Part shown: one piece after another, positions 9,798 to 18,602 of the stretch
How the letters are laid out: the number at the start of each line of letters is the position of its first letter
Numbering within the stretch: position 1 is the stretch's first letter
Origin: a virus
Taxonomy: Duplodnaviria; Heunggongvirae; Uroviricota; Caudoviricetes
Reading direction: 5' to 3' (one strand)
Length of the DNA: 29,172 bases
IMG/VR virus record: IMGVR_UViG_3300021399_000107
Coordinates: 1-29,172 of that record
Notes under the pieces: model-generated
The model's input: the letters and a program-made list of their open reading frames with translations, nothing else
What the model was told of the DNA's origin: nothing
Databases searched by the model: none
Translations under genes and position numbers: made by a program

Positions 9798-10025
9798 TTA
9801 TTGCCATCTTTTTTTAGGGCTGTTGATACCGCGCTTCAAGATATTAGTATATTCAATACGATACATCTTAAAGTTTTTGATACGTATATAATATAACGCT
9901 TTTGCACAACTATTAGCTCGTCTGGAATAGGGTGTAGTCTTTTTCCAGAAACGTTTATTGTATTTTCGACATGCTTTATTCCATTTGCTGTAAAAGCCAA
10001 ATCCGATATTGCGTACACATTTCAT
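9798..10025 (-). CDS. Small basic protein (paralog family C)
   Basis: TPYSRR..SCAKAL and terminal KKRWQ shared with the 12303 ORF. Confidence 0.75.
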   Translation of the reverse strand: MKCVRNIGFGFYSKWNKACRKYNKRFWKKTTPYSRRANSCAKALYYIRIKNFKMYRIEYTNILKRGINSPKKRWQ

Positions 10026-10178
10026 AGTCTATCACTCCTCGCTTTCTAAAAATATTATAGCAAAAGCGCACACGAAAGTCAAGTTAAGACTTGGTAAAAA
10101 GAACTGCCGGCGCCTGTTTTAACATAAAGGTAAAAGAAAAGAGGGCTTGGCGCCCTCTTCTTGTTATTATAGTTTCTT

Positions 10179-10415
10179 CTAAATAATTTCTACCTCTACC
10201 ATAGAATAAGTATCAATTTCCGGCCAACGCTCATTTACCTGTTGATGACAAAGCGCGTCTATTTCATTGTCTGAATAGTCTACCATAATTTTCCTATTTA
10301 GTTCTTTAAGATGTGCGAATGCCTTTTCGTAGTCAAGATAGATTCCTTCTTCATAGGCCGGTTCGTTATCTGCGCCAAAACCATCTACACCGAGAATAAA
10401 AGCGTATCCAGTCAT
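10179..10415 (-). CDS. Hypothetical protein
   Basis: AAGGA RBS, second gene of a two-gene cassette. Confidence 0.75.
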   Translation of the reverse strand: MTGYAFILGVDGFGADNEPAYEEGIYLDYEKAFAHLKELNRKIMVDYSDNEIDALCHQQVNERWPEIDTYSMVEVEII

Positions 10416-10433
10416 CTTTTTTAAGTCCTTTCT

Positions 10434-10658
10434 TTATTCATTGTCCGTTTCATATACATTACAGCCGCTGTAAGGGTCATAATTACTTTCGTCGACGTCA
10501 TCGTCTATATCATCATCCCACTGGTCGCTCAGATATACGGTATTTGTGGCATCATCATAGAAAATTGTTTCCGATGAAGAGTAGCAATCGTTTGAACAGA
10601 CTACTGTAGCATCAGAAGGCATGGAATTGAGAATTACGATCAGTTCACTTACAGTCAT
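10434..10658 (-). CDS. Hypothetical acidic phage protein
   Basis: MTVSELIVILNSMPSDATV N-terminus; leader hairpin. Confidence 0.75.
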   Translation of the reverse strand: MTVSELIVILNSMPSDATVVCSNDCYSSSETIFYDDATNTVYLSDQWDDDIDDDVDESNYDPYSGCNVYETDNE

Positions 10659-10824
10659 GTCACAAGCCCTTTCTGGTTTTAAGTGTTTTCCTTCACTTGA
10701 TGGTTATATTATACACGAAGATGAACGGAAAGTCAAGTAAAGAATATGTAAATTGGGCGGCCGGCCGCGAATTTAACATAAATATTACATAAAAAAAGAA
10801 GCCCCGTTTGGGGCTTCTTTCTGG

Positions 10825-11154
10825 TTACAGGCAATAGGTGTTCGCGCCCTTGCCGCTATCGTCCTTCTTCACCTTGTCCGCAAGCTGATGCAGAAGCAGA
10901 TACTGAACCTTATTCTGCGTGAAGTCATCGGGCAGGTCGGCCGCGCAAGCCTCGTAAATTTCCTTGGCGGTCATGGGCTTGTCCGACATAGCCGCAAGCA
11001 CAATAGGCGCGGCAGTGGCATACTTGTCCGCATTGGCGCGAGCCTTAGCGGTCATGTGGTCAAGCTCGCCCTGAAGCTCGTCGCGCAGAGCAGCAGTATC
11101 AACATCAGCGCCGTTCAGGTAAGCAATCATGGTCTCGATGGTGTTCTTCTTCAT
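10825..11154 (-). CDS. Coiled-coil plus winged-helix-like protein (paralog family A)
   Basis: KPMTAKEIY...KVQYLL...GKGANTY. Confidence 0.8.
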   Translation of the reverse strand: MKKNTIETMIAYLNGADVDTAALRDELQGELDHMTAKARANADKYATAAPIVLAAMSDKPMTAKEIYEACAADLPDDFTQNKVQYLLLHQLADKVKKDDSGKGANTYCL

Positions 11155-11256
11155 AAGGCAAATCCTTCTTTCTGGTTTGGTGGGTTTTCCTTCCCTTTTC
11201 TGTATTTATTATAACAGATTCTCACTTGGAAGTCAAGTTAAGATTCTGTTACAAAC

Positions 11257-11375
11257 TGGCGGGACGCGGAGGAATTGAACCTCGTTCCTTGCGGAACCGC
11301 TCTGCTTTTGCACTGAGCTACGTAATCGTCTTTCGACTTACCACGGCGGCTACCCTGATGCCGCTTTCGCGCCCC
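11257..11375 (-). ncRNA. tRNA-like non-coding RNA (about 119 nt) with CCA end but no anticodon loop
   Basis: GGGGCGC/GCGTCCC acceptor stem + G-CCA, T-arm GAGG-TTCAATT-CCTC, D-arm-like TAGCTCAG..AGAGC, extra hairpins; own promoter 11417-11389; no RBS/ORF. Confidence 0.8.
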
Positions 11376-11505
11376 TCATTACGATAATAGTATAGCAGAA
11401 AATGCGCGAAAAGTCAATCATTATGTGTGTAAAGAATTGGTTAAATGTGCGGCCGGCCTGGGATTTAACTTTTATTTAATAAATAAAAAACGGGGCTGAG
11501 CCCCG

Positions 11506-11790
11506 TTAGGTATAATCTGCAATTCTTTTGAGTAGAGTGATTAGAATAGATTTTTCCAAGCTACTCATGATTTGCGGCTTATCTTCTCTATTTTTAAGCC
11601 ATGTGCTAATGGTATCTATTGCATCGGCGAGATCATCAGCGGGGTTATATCTTGTTAGAATAAGTTTGTTTCCAAAACAGCTTAGCTCCATCGGCGTACC
11701 TTCATCAATACACAAAGCTTCACGAATTTCTATTGGAATAGTCACACGTCCCTGTTCATCAAGATGTCGAACAATAGTATTCGTATTCAT
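11506..11790 (-). CDS. AbrB/MazE/SpoVT-family DNA-binding protein
   Basis: IVRHLDEQGRVTIPIEIREALCIDEGTPMEL is a typical AbrB swapped-hairpin N-terminus. Confidence 0.88.
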   Translation of the reverse strand: MNTNTIVRHLDEQGRVTIPIEIREALCIDEGTPMELSCFGNKLILTRYNPADDLADAIDTISTWLKNREDKPQIMSSLEKSILITLLKRIADYT

Positions 11791-11802
11791 AAGTTAATCT
11801 CC

Positions 11803-12174
11803 TTAAATATTATTTGCGATTCTGTTCAGACAGTTTGTAATCATATTTCGTGCCGACTGGTTTAGAATTTTATTGCTATCGGTAGAATCAAACCACTGCT
11901 TAATAACTGTAATGGCGCTGTGCATATCATCTGCGGAAACAGTCGGCTTTTTGTTGGAAGGCTCATCGGTGGTTGTGAGATGTACGAGAAGATCACCAGT
12001 TTCTGCTGAACAAATTTGAGCTTCTGAGAAATTATGCTTATTCATAATTTCAGTGTCACGCTTGATGGTTTCACTAATGAAATCATCATCGCGGCGTAGA
12101 GCAATGAATGTAGTGCCGTCATAGAAGAATGTTTCGGTGGTAGTCTGCCAAGTGTATTCTACGTTGATAGCCAT
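11803..12174 (-). CDS. Hypothetical protein sharing its C-terminal domain with the adjacent AbrB-like protein
   Basis: Start MAINVE after AAGGAG; ADD...AI..I..W...RIA C-terminus. Confidence 0.78.
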   Translation of the reverse strand: MAINVEYTWQTTTETFFYDGTTFIALRRDDDFISETIKRDTEIMNKHNFSEAQICSAETGDLLVHLTTTDEPSNKKPTVSADDMHSAITVIKQWFDSTDSNKILNQSARNMITNCLNRIANNI

Positions 12175-12302
12175 AATGAATTTTCTCCTTTCATATTCCC
12201 GTTGCCCTTTCAACGTGTATAGTATATCATAGCATTACAAAAAAGTCAACTATTAAAATTGTAAAGAATTGGTAAACTTGCGGGCCGGGCCGTAACTTAA
12301 CG

Positions 12303-12527
12303 TTACTGCCACCTCTTTTTGTCATCATCCCACTTATTATGTACTCTTAGTGCTTCGTAAGAATAAATGTGAGTATTATGCGTCATTGACCGAAGGGCTC
12401 GCGCACACAGTCTCCACCGCCGAATATATGGAGTGGCGCGTTTGAGATAAAGTTTGCAATAACTCTTTTGCTCAATTTGAAATACAGAGTAGGTTTTGCC
12501 GCAAAACATGATGCGCTTGTTTTTCAT
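12303..12527 (-). CDS. Small basic protein (paralog family C)
   Basis: TPYIRR..LCARAL...KKRWQ. Confidence 0.72.
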   Translation of the reverse strand: MKNKRIMFCGKTYSVFQIEQKSYCKLYLKRATPYIRRWRLCARALRSMTHNTHIYSYEALRVHNKWDDDKKRWQ

Positions 12528-12670
12528 TCTTGTTTTCCCTCTCTTTCATAGAAAGTATACCATAAATCGCGCACGGGGTCAAGTTAAAGGTTAGTAAAAT
12601 TGCGCGCCGGCGGTAAAATTAACACAAAAATAAAAATAAAATTGGGGCGGTATTATGCCGCCCCTTCTTT

Positions 12671-13006
12671 TCAATACTTCGCCGTATAGGTCATCGGGTT
12701 CTTACCGTTCATATGACGTTCCACGTTGTCTGCCCACAGGGCGCGCAGACCGTACCGAATCTTCTCAACCGTGAAGCCAGCGGGCCACTGGTCAGACCCC
12801 TCGAATAGCTGTTCGGCCGTCTGCGGCACATCCGACAGCAGATTGCACAGGACTTCCTTAGCCTGCTCATAGGCGTCTGTCTTGGCCTGCGACTTGGCGA
12901 GCATCTTGTACCATTCGGCATTGATTTCGTTGCGCAGGGTGTCCATGTCCGCAACAGGCTGACCATTGACCATCGCGACAACCATCTCAAAAACATTCTT
13001 CTTCAT
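12671..13006 (-). CDS. Coiled-coil plus winged-helix-like protein (paralog family A)
   Basis: Start MKKNVF; collinear with the 10825 ORF over its whole length. Confidence 0.8.
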   Translation of the reverse strand: MKKNVFEMVVAMVNGQPVADMDTLRNEINAEWYKMLAKSQAKTDAYEQAKEVLCNLLSDVPQTAEQLFEGSDQWPAGFTVEKIRYGLRALWADNVERHMNGKNPMTYTAKY

Positions 13007-13171
13007 AGGGCTTTCTTCCTTTCCGGTTTGAAGGGTTTTCCTTCCCTTGATTACGTACATATTATAGCATGAGCGCGCATGAAAGTCAATAACTGGGGAT
13101 GTTAAATAGGAGTAAACTTGTGCGCCGGCCTTTAATTTAACATAATATTTACAAAATGAAATAAGGGCGCT

Positions 13172-13579
13172 TTACGCGCCCTTAATGTTATCTCGAATTT
13201 CCTTCTTCATCTTCTCAAAGTCTTCCACCTTGACCTTCTTAGTACGAGCGGCGGCTTTGCGTGCCTTTTCGGCGTCCTTCTGCGCCTTATTCTGCGCCTT
13301 AATCTGTGCTTCCAGTGCTTTTGTTTCACAATCTACTTTCCATGCTTTTGCGGCTTCATAGCCATTATACGGTTCATATCCACCCGGGATACGCTTGCCG
13401 CGCGGAATTGCAACCTGAATAGTAGCATACGATTCATTGCCTTCGGGGTCGGTAATAGGCATCATTACCACACCAGACCCGACATATTCCACATCGGTTT
13501 CATACTGAGATTTCATGAAGTTCACAAGGTCGGTCATGATACTGTCGCGCACTTTCGTCATATTGATTTCCTTACCCAT
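13172..13579 (-). CDS. Hypothetical protein with Lys/Ala-rich coiled-coil tail (paralog family B)
   Basis: ATG at 13579 (alternative 13561); stop in terminator loop. Confidence 0.8.
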   Translation of the reverse strand: MGKEINMTKVRDSIMTDLVNFMKSQYETDVEYVGSGVVMMPITDPEGNESYATIQVAIPRGKRIPGGYEPYNGYEAAKAWKVDCETKALEAQIKAQNKAQKDAEKARKAAARTKKVKVEDFEKMKKEIRDNIKGA

Positions 13580-13681
13580 CACTCAATCCCTCACTTTCTG
13601 AGAATATTATATCTCAAATTTTGAAAAAAGTCAAGTAAAGATTTTGTTAAGAAGCGGGTCGGCGCAAGATTTAACTTGCGC

Positions 13682-13900
13682 TTAACATAGATCGGACGCA
13701 TAGTGGCTTTCATAGAGACCTTGAGTGATAAGGAAACAAGGGTATGCAAAATCACAAGTATATTCTGAACCTTTAATAGATACCGTATTTTTCTTTCTAT
13801 ATCTACAATTCTCGCATTTATTGTTACACGATACGCACATATCCAGAAAGGCGGTAATAGCATCAAAATCGGCGGCAGTGAATAGCTTTGGATTTTTCAT
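13682..13900 (-). CDS. Cys-rich hypothetical protein, possible Zn-binding
   Basis: CVSC..KCENC...C; AAGGAG RBS. Confidence 0.7.
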   Translation of the reverse strand: MKNPKLFTAADFDAITAFLDMCVSCNNKCENCRYRKKNTVSIKGSEYTCDFAYPCFLITQGLYESHYASDLC

Positions 13901-13916
13901 CGTTATCTCCTTTTTT

Positions 13917-14150
13917 TTACAATGTCAGAAAATAAATATTCATCGCAATAACTGCCAATCGCATCACAATAGCATTGATATGACAACGGTCATGAATGTC
14001 CCAAATTAAGCCGCCAATAGCCACCGGTAATCCAACATACGCGCCCTTATTGTACACAATAATAGCGATAACATTCACTATCATGAGCGCGCTTGCTAAA
14101 TCCATTCTCTCAAAACGATATGGCCCATACAATTCAAACCATTTGCGCAT
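13917..14150 (-). CDS. Small membrane protein
   Basis: About three hydrophobic segments; GGGAGG RBS. Confidence 0.75.
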   Translation of the reverse strand: MRKWFELYGPYRFERMDLASALMIVNVIAIIVYNKGAYVGLPVAIGGLIWDIHDRCHINAIVMRLAVIAMNIYFLTL

Positions 14151-14276
14151 AGTTGCATGCCTCCCTTGCTTTCTGTCATTATTATACTATAGACTTGCGA
14201 TGGGGTCAAGTTAAGTGATGGTTAAGTAGCGGGCCGGGCCGCAATTTAACACAAAATTAAAAATGAAATAGGGCGC

Positions 14277-14723
14277 TTATGCGCCCTGTATCAGTTTCTT
14301 GAGCGTGGGGAGAATTTCATTTGGCGTAAAAGCGTTCTCGCCCCAGTCGTTTCTATTTTTTTCTTCATCATCAAAAAGGATACCAGAGCCGCAAACCGAA
14401 CGCTTGTTCGTCCCGTAAGGAACTATGTGGATTTCATCCCATCTCACGGAATGTAGATGGCGTGCCAGCCATTTCCTTTTAGCCTGCGCCACAGCTTCAT
14501 GATAGCGTTCCGTGCCACTTTTAGATGTCCAGCTGATAATGCCCAGCTTCCAGCCAGCTTTCTGGAGCTTGTGTGCAAGACGCGCGAATAGAGCAAAGTT
14601 CAACATTGGCGCAGCTTCCAGATACGGACGCACGATTTCGGCTTCAAGGTCGGCAAGCCAACCTTCAACTTCATAAAAACGGTTCAAAGTACCGTCCATA
14701 TCGAAATAAATCTTTTTCTCCAT
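14277..14723 (-). CDS. HAD-superfamily phosphatase, 5'(3')-deoxyribonucleotidase-like
   Basis: Motif I FDMDGTL, motif II ISW/T, motif III K, motif IV LFDD. Confidence 0.85.
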   Translation of the reverse strand: MEKKIYFDMDGTLNRFYEVEGWLADLEAEIVRPYLEAAPMLNFALFARLAHKLQKAGWKLGIISWTSKSGTERYHEAVAQAKRKWLARHLHSVRWDEIHIVPYGTNKRSVCGSGILFDDEEKNRNDWGENAFTPNEILPTLKKLIQGA

Positions 14724-14869
14724 TTGCTTCCTTCCTTTCTCTCATCTGGCAATAGTATATCACACAGCGGCGGCGCAGTCAAGTTAAACGTGGGTTAAAA
14801 GCGGGGCCGGCCTTGAACTTAACATAATTTTTACAAAAAGAAAAAACGGGCAATAATGCCCGTTTCCTT

Positions 14870-15136
14870 TCAGTCGTAAAAGTAGAGGTTGAGAAGGGCG
14901 ATGGCGTCTACCATATTCACTATGATTGAATCGTAATTGCATCGTCCGTTGTCATCCAGTTTATAAAAGAAGAGCTCTACTTGCTGTAAGGTATTGTCGC
15001 GAATGACCACGGCTGGATCGAGCAATGCGGAGCAAAAACGGAATATCGTCTCCCTTTCGGTTCTGTAGATACGGTACTGTGGAATGTTCGGACATTTCGC
15101 CAGCAGCTTCTTGAACAACTGCACCCGATACTTCAT
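14870..15136 (-). CDS. Hypothetical protein
   Basis: GGAGG RBS in the end of the upstream ORF; terminator downstream. Confidence 0.7.
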   Translation of the reverse strand: MKYRVQLFKKLLAKCPNIPQYRIYRTERETIFRFCSALLDPAVVIRDNTLQQVELFFYKLDDNGRCNYDSIIVNMVDAIALLNLYFYD

Positions 15137-15140
15137 TATT

Positions 15141-15311
15141 TTAGCCCTCCTTGCAGCTTTCGTCCGCGCTCAGGCGGCAAATGTCGAACATGATAGCCAC
15201 GTTGGTATAGGGATGCTTCTCCTCGCAGTAGCGGAAAAACCTGATGGTCTGCGGGCACTCCATGCCGTAGTTAGTCACCATATAGTCCTTCATCTGCTTC
15301 TTGGTCATCAT
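15141..15311 (-). CDS. Small protein (paralog family D, YGxE motif)
   Basis: MTKKQMKDYMVTNYGMECPQTIRFF. Confidence 0.75.
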   Translation of the reverse strand: MMTKKQMKDYMVTNYGMECPQTIRFFRYCEEKHPYTNVAIMFDICRLSADESCKEG

Positions 15312-15426
15312 TTTTGTTCCCTTCCTTTCCCTTTTCTGAGAATAGTATAACATAACGTATCCACGAAGTCAAGTTAAACGTAGGTTAAGTCGGCGGCCGG
15401 CCCAGCTTTTAACAAAAAAGATGCCA

Positions 15427-15588
15427 TTAGGCATCTCCAGCTTGCGGTTGAGTGGTCAGGATATGAAATGCTTTTGCCAGCTCACCAGCGTTTGGGTGAC
15501 GGCAGGCAATGTTAAAAAACGAAATGGTGCGATAGTCCTCGAAACCGTAGTTGCGCACCATGTAGTCCATCATTTCCTGCTTACTCAT
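15427..15588 (-). CDS. Small protein (paralog family D), 53 aa, not in ORF track
   Basis: Hand translation MSKQEMMDYMVRNYGFEDYRTISFF...; GGAGG RBS; stop in terminator loop. Confidence 0.8.
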   Translation of the reverse strand: MSKQEMMDYMVRNYGFEDYRTISFFNIACRHPNAGELAKAFHILTTQPQAGDA

Positions 15589-15726
15589 TGTGTTGCCCTC
15601 CTTTTCATTCTGGTATTAGTATAGCATAAAATGCTCGGGGTGTCAATATGGTTTTAGGTAAAGGTTTGGTTAAATGTAAGGCCGGCCCGCAATTTAACAT
15701 AAAATTAGCAAAAAGAAAAGAGCCGA

Positions 15727-15927
15727 TTAGCGGCTCACGGAACGAATATCGTGATAAACTGCCAGCCAAACATTGCGCGGCTTGCCGCTCAGCATAACGT
15801 CATACAGCTTACCGCCTTCATGATGGTACAGGGCAACATTGTAGCGGCCGGGACGAATTGGTGTCAGAATGATAGAGTAGTCGCGGGAAGAAATGGCGGC
15901 GAACGTTCCGTAATTCATGATTTCCAT
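15727..15927 (-). CDS. Hypothetical protein
   Basis: Start MEIMNY; complete promoter-RBS-terminator cassette. Confidence 0.72.
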   Translation of the reverse strand: MEIMNYGTFAAISSRDYSIILTPIRPGRYNVALYHHEGGKLYDVMLSGKPRNVWLAVYHDIRSVSR

Positions 15928-16057
15928 TTGTTTATCCTTCCTTTCTCTCATCTGGGAATAGTATAGCATAGATGGGACAGCAAGTCAAGTAAAGAGTTGG
16001 TTAAATTGGCGGCCGGCCCACAATTTAACATAACTTTTACAAAAGAAAAGAGCTGGT

Positions 16058-16351
16058 TTACACCAGCCCGTAGAGGTTGAACGTGTGGTCGATGATCCAC
16101 ACCTTGCGATCAGCGTCCCACTTGTACCAGCCATTCCAAAGAAGGGCGTCCCCTTCGTCCGGCAGCTCTGTCTCATAATACTCCGTGCGCACGATGTCGA
16201 TGACGTTGTACTTACGCAGCGTGGCCCAGCTCGGCAGTCCCTTATGGCCTTCCATCATGGCCATGATGTCGTTGTAGGTCAGAGCTTTGTTGCCGATGAG
16301 AGCCTTGAAGTTGTCGATTTTGGCTTTGGTCGCGTTCTGCATTTTCGTCAT
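16058..16351 (-). CDS. Hypothetical protein
   Basis: Start MTKMQN; complete cassette. Confidence 0.78.
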   Translation of the reverse strand: MTKMQNATKAKIDNFKALIGNKALTYNDIMAMMEGHKGLPSWATLRKYNVIDIVRTEYYETELPDEGDALLWNGWYKWDADRKVWIIDHTFNLYGLV

Positions 16352-16494
16352 TTTGGTTTGCCCCTTTCCTTTTTTCTGTATATAGTATACCACCGACCGC
16401 CCAGAAAGTCAAGTAAAGATTGCGTTAATTCGCGGGCCGGCCCTTGATTTAACATAACTTTTACAAAAGAAAAAAGCCGCTTGCGCGGCTTTTG

Positions 16495-16782
16495 TTAAAC
16501 GTCAAGGTCTTCACACGCTCGGTCATACACGGATTCCCATCTATCCTGAAGGTCGGGGTCGTCATCTATGATTTGGCGCAACTCACGGATAGAGAAATCA
16601 TCATCGCTTTCAAAATTTGCAATCATAGCCTCATAGGCTTCATTGTAAATCTCATCATGGAGGTCGTCTTCATCCATATCTTCACTATCGTCGATGTTAT
16701 CGACAACCTGCTTAACAAGCTCTTCAATACCTTCATCACCGTAGCACCATTTGCGCGCATCCAAATAGCCAACCTTGTACAT
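16495..16782 (-). CDS. Highly acidic protein (paralog family E)
   Basis: AGGAGG RBS; very Asp/Glu-rich. Confidence 0.82.
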   Translation of the reverse strand: MYKVGYLDARKWCYGDEGIEELVKQVVDNIDDSEDMDEDDLHDEIYNEAYEAMIANFESDDDFSIRELRQIIDDDPDLQDRWESVYDRACEDLDV

Positions 16783-16906
16783 CGTTGTGTCCTCCTTTTC
16801 TTTTCTGGATATAGTATAGCATAAGGCAGCGGCAAAGTCAAGTAAAGATTATGTTAAATTCGCCGCCGGCCTTGAATTTAACAAAATATTTACAAAAAAG
16901 GATCGC

Positions 16907-17077
16907 TTAGCGATCCCAGTCCATGATAAGCTTGTGCTTGTTCCAGTCGTAAATTTCAACACTAATACAGGTAGGGTCTTCAACATAGATTGCTGCGCAA
17001 GCCAGCGCAGAAGGGAAGTTCGCGGTCGTTTCAGTCTTGCTGGAACAGTCATCCCACATAATAATAATCTGATACAT
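16907..17077 (-). CDS. Hypothetical protein (56 aa)
   Basis: Start MYQIII; stop in terminator loop. Confidence 0.75.
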   Translation of the reverse strand: MYQIIIMWDDCSSKTETTANFPSALACAAIYVEDPTCISVEIYDWNKHKLIMDWDR

Positions 17078-17216
17078 GTTGGTTTCCTCTCTTTCTCTTT
17101 TGTGATTATAGTATAGCACAAGGCTGAACGAAAGTCAATACCGGCTTGGTTAAAGGTATGTTAATTGGCGCGCCGGCCTTGGATTTAACATAAATTTAAA
17201 AATAAAATTGCGCGGA

Positions 17217-17531
17217 TTACTCCGCGCAATAGGCCAGATTTTTGCGTGCCCAACCGAAAATTGAAATTTGGTTATGCGCGCGACCGATTTCAAGGGCTTC
17301 ATGTTTGGTCTTGACACGATAGCTTTTGTCGATGTAAAAGATACCATCGGACAGCCAAATGCCGCAATCGCCATGATAGCTTTCAATGGCAGCAAGGGCT
17401 TCTTGCGCGTCACACGTTTCAATGCCTTCCGTTGCAACCTGCCAACCAGTTTTGTACTCAATGGGCTGGCCGGCTTTCAGGCTCATTCCGTCATTGTTTT
17501 TAAGATTCCGAAGCTGTTCAATGGTAATCAT
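17217..17531 (-). CDS. Hypothetical phage protein
   Basis: 104-aa ORF in a complete cassette; stop in terminator loop. Confidence 0.82.
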   Translation of the reverse strand: MITIEQLRNLKNNDGMSLKAGQPIEYKTGWQVATEGIETCDAQEALAAIESYHGDCGIWLSDGIFYIDKSYRVKTKHEALEIGRAHNQISIFGWARKNLAYCAE

Positions 17532-17679
17532 GTTGTTTGCCCCTTTCCTTTTTCTGATAGTATTATACCATAGCGGGGCCAGAATGTCAATAGCGGGATT
17601 GGTTAAAGGTGTGTTAAAAGGGCGGCCGGCCCGTAATTTAACATGGATTTAAAATAAAATAAGGAACGCATGGCGTCCC

Positions 17680-17976
17680 TTATAGTTCAAAGTAGTCGCA
17701 AGCATTGTGCTAAACATATTCGTGCAGTTCTTGAAGTTCAGGATCGTTTTTAATAATTGAATCACGGATATTATTTTTAAGATAGATGTCGCTATTGAAA
17801 TACATGCTCATAACGTCATAAATATTGTTATGAATTTTCTCGTAAAAATTTTTTCGGTTGTCTATTGTCTGAATCAGTTATTCGCCGTATTGAACAACAG
17901 ATTTTATCAACTTATCAACATTGGCATCAAATATCCAATGATGGCCTTCAATCCAACCAGTTTTGAACGCCTGTAT
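17680..17976 (-). pseudogene. Interrupted paralog of the acidic 16495 protein
   Basis: One frame aligns end to end with the 16495 ORF but has an ATA start and in-frame TAA (17880-17878) and TAG (17712-17710). Confidence 0.7.
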
Positions 17977-17993
17977 AAAACTCCCGTCGTTTC

Positions 17994-18125
17994 TTATAGA
18001 AGCATAACAGTGATGATAAAACCGAACACGATGAGCGGTAGAAGAATCTCGCCAGTCTTCTCATTGTTGGTACTGAGCGCGCAAGCGCACAATAGAATCA
18101 TAACCAGAGCCGCAATCAGAAACAT
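17994..18125 (-). CDS. 43-aa membrane peptide, not in ORF track
   Basis: MFLIAALVMILLCACALSTNNEKTGEILLPLIVFGFIITVMLL; AAGGA RBS; promoter upstream. Confidence 0.65.
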   Translation of the reverse strand: MFLIAALVMILLCACALSTNNEKTGEILLPLIVFGFIITVMLL

Positions 18126-18241
18126 TGTTCATCCTTCTTTCTTTCCTTTTTCTGAATATATTATACTACGAATGGTGGCGGAGATCAAGTTAAGATTGTG
18201 TTAAATGGCGGGCCGGCGCGTGATTTAACACGCGCTTTACA

Positions 18242-18475
18242 TCATTTAAGATTACGCTTTATCATTTCTTTCTTGACATCATTGTCGATATAATCGTGAT
18301 GATTAGGCGTAAAGTACGCAATAACGACACCAGTATACGTATCAATTATATCGACAGTATAATGTTTCGTATCACGTATCTTGCGTCCACAATAGATAGC
18401 GCCATAGGCCGTCCTAAAGAGATAGGAAATTTTGTAGCCCTGGTTCTGATTATCGCGATAATAAATTTCGTACAT
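18242..18475 (-). CDS. Hypothetical protein
   Basis: Promoter and AAGGGG RBS. Confidence 0.72.
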   Translation of the reverse strand: MYEIYYRDNQNQGYKISYLFRTAYGAIYCGRKIRDTKHYTVDIIDTYTGVVIAYFTPNHHDYIDNDVKKEMIKRNLK

Positions 18476-18602
18476 TCTGATTGCCCCTTTTCTTTTTCTG
18501 TACTTAGTATAGCATAGAACCGTGAGGAAGTCAAGTTAAATGGCTGTTAAATAACGGGCCGGCTTTGAATTTAACATAATTTTTACAAAAAGAGAAAGCG
18601 GG

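Noticed and set aside
11257-11375. Standard tRNA or tmRNA
   Set aside because: No 7-nt anticodon loop; far too short for tmRNA, with no tag ORF and no G3-U70 pair.
17680-17976. Stop-codon reassignment (alternative genetic code)
   Set aside because: The interruptions are of two types (TAA and TAG), long genes are intact in code 11, and TAG, TGA and TAA all serve as true stops elsewhere.
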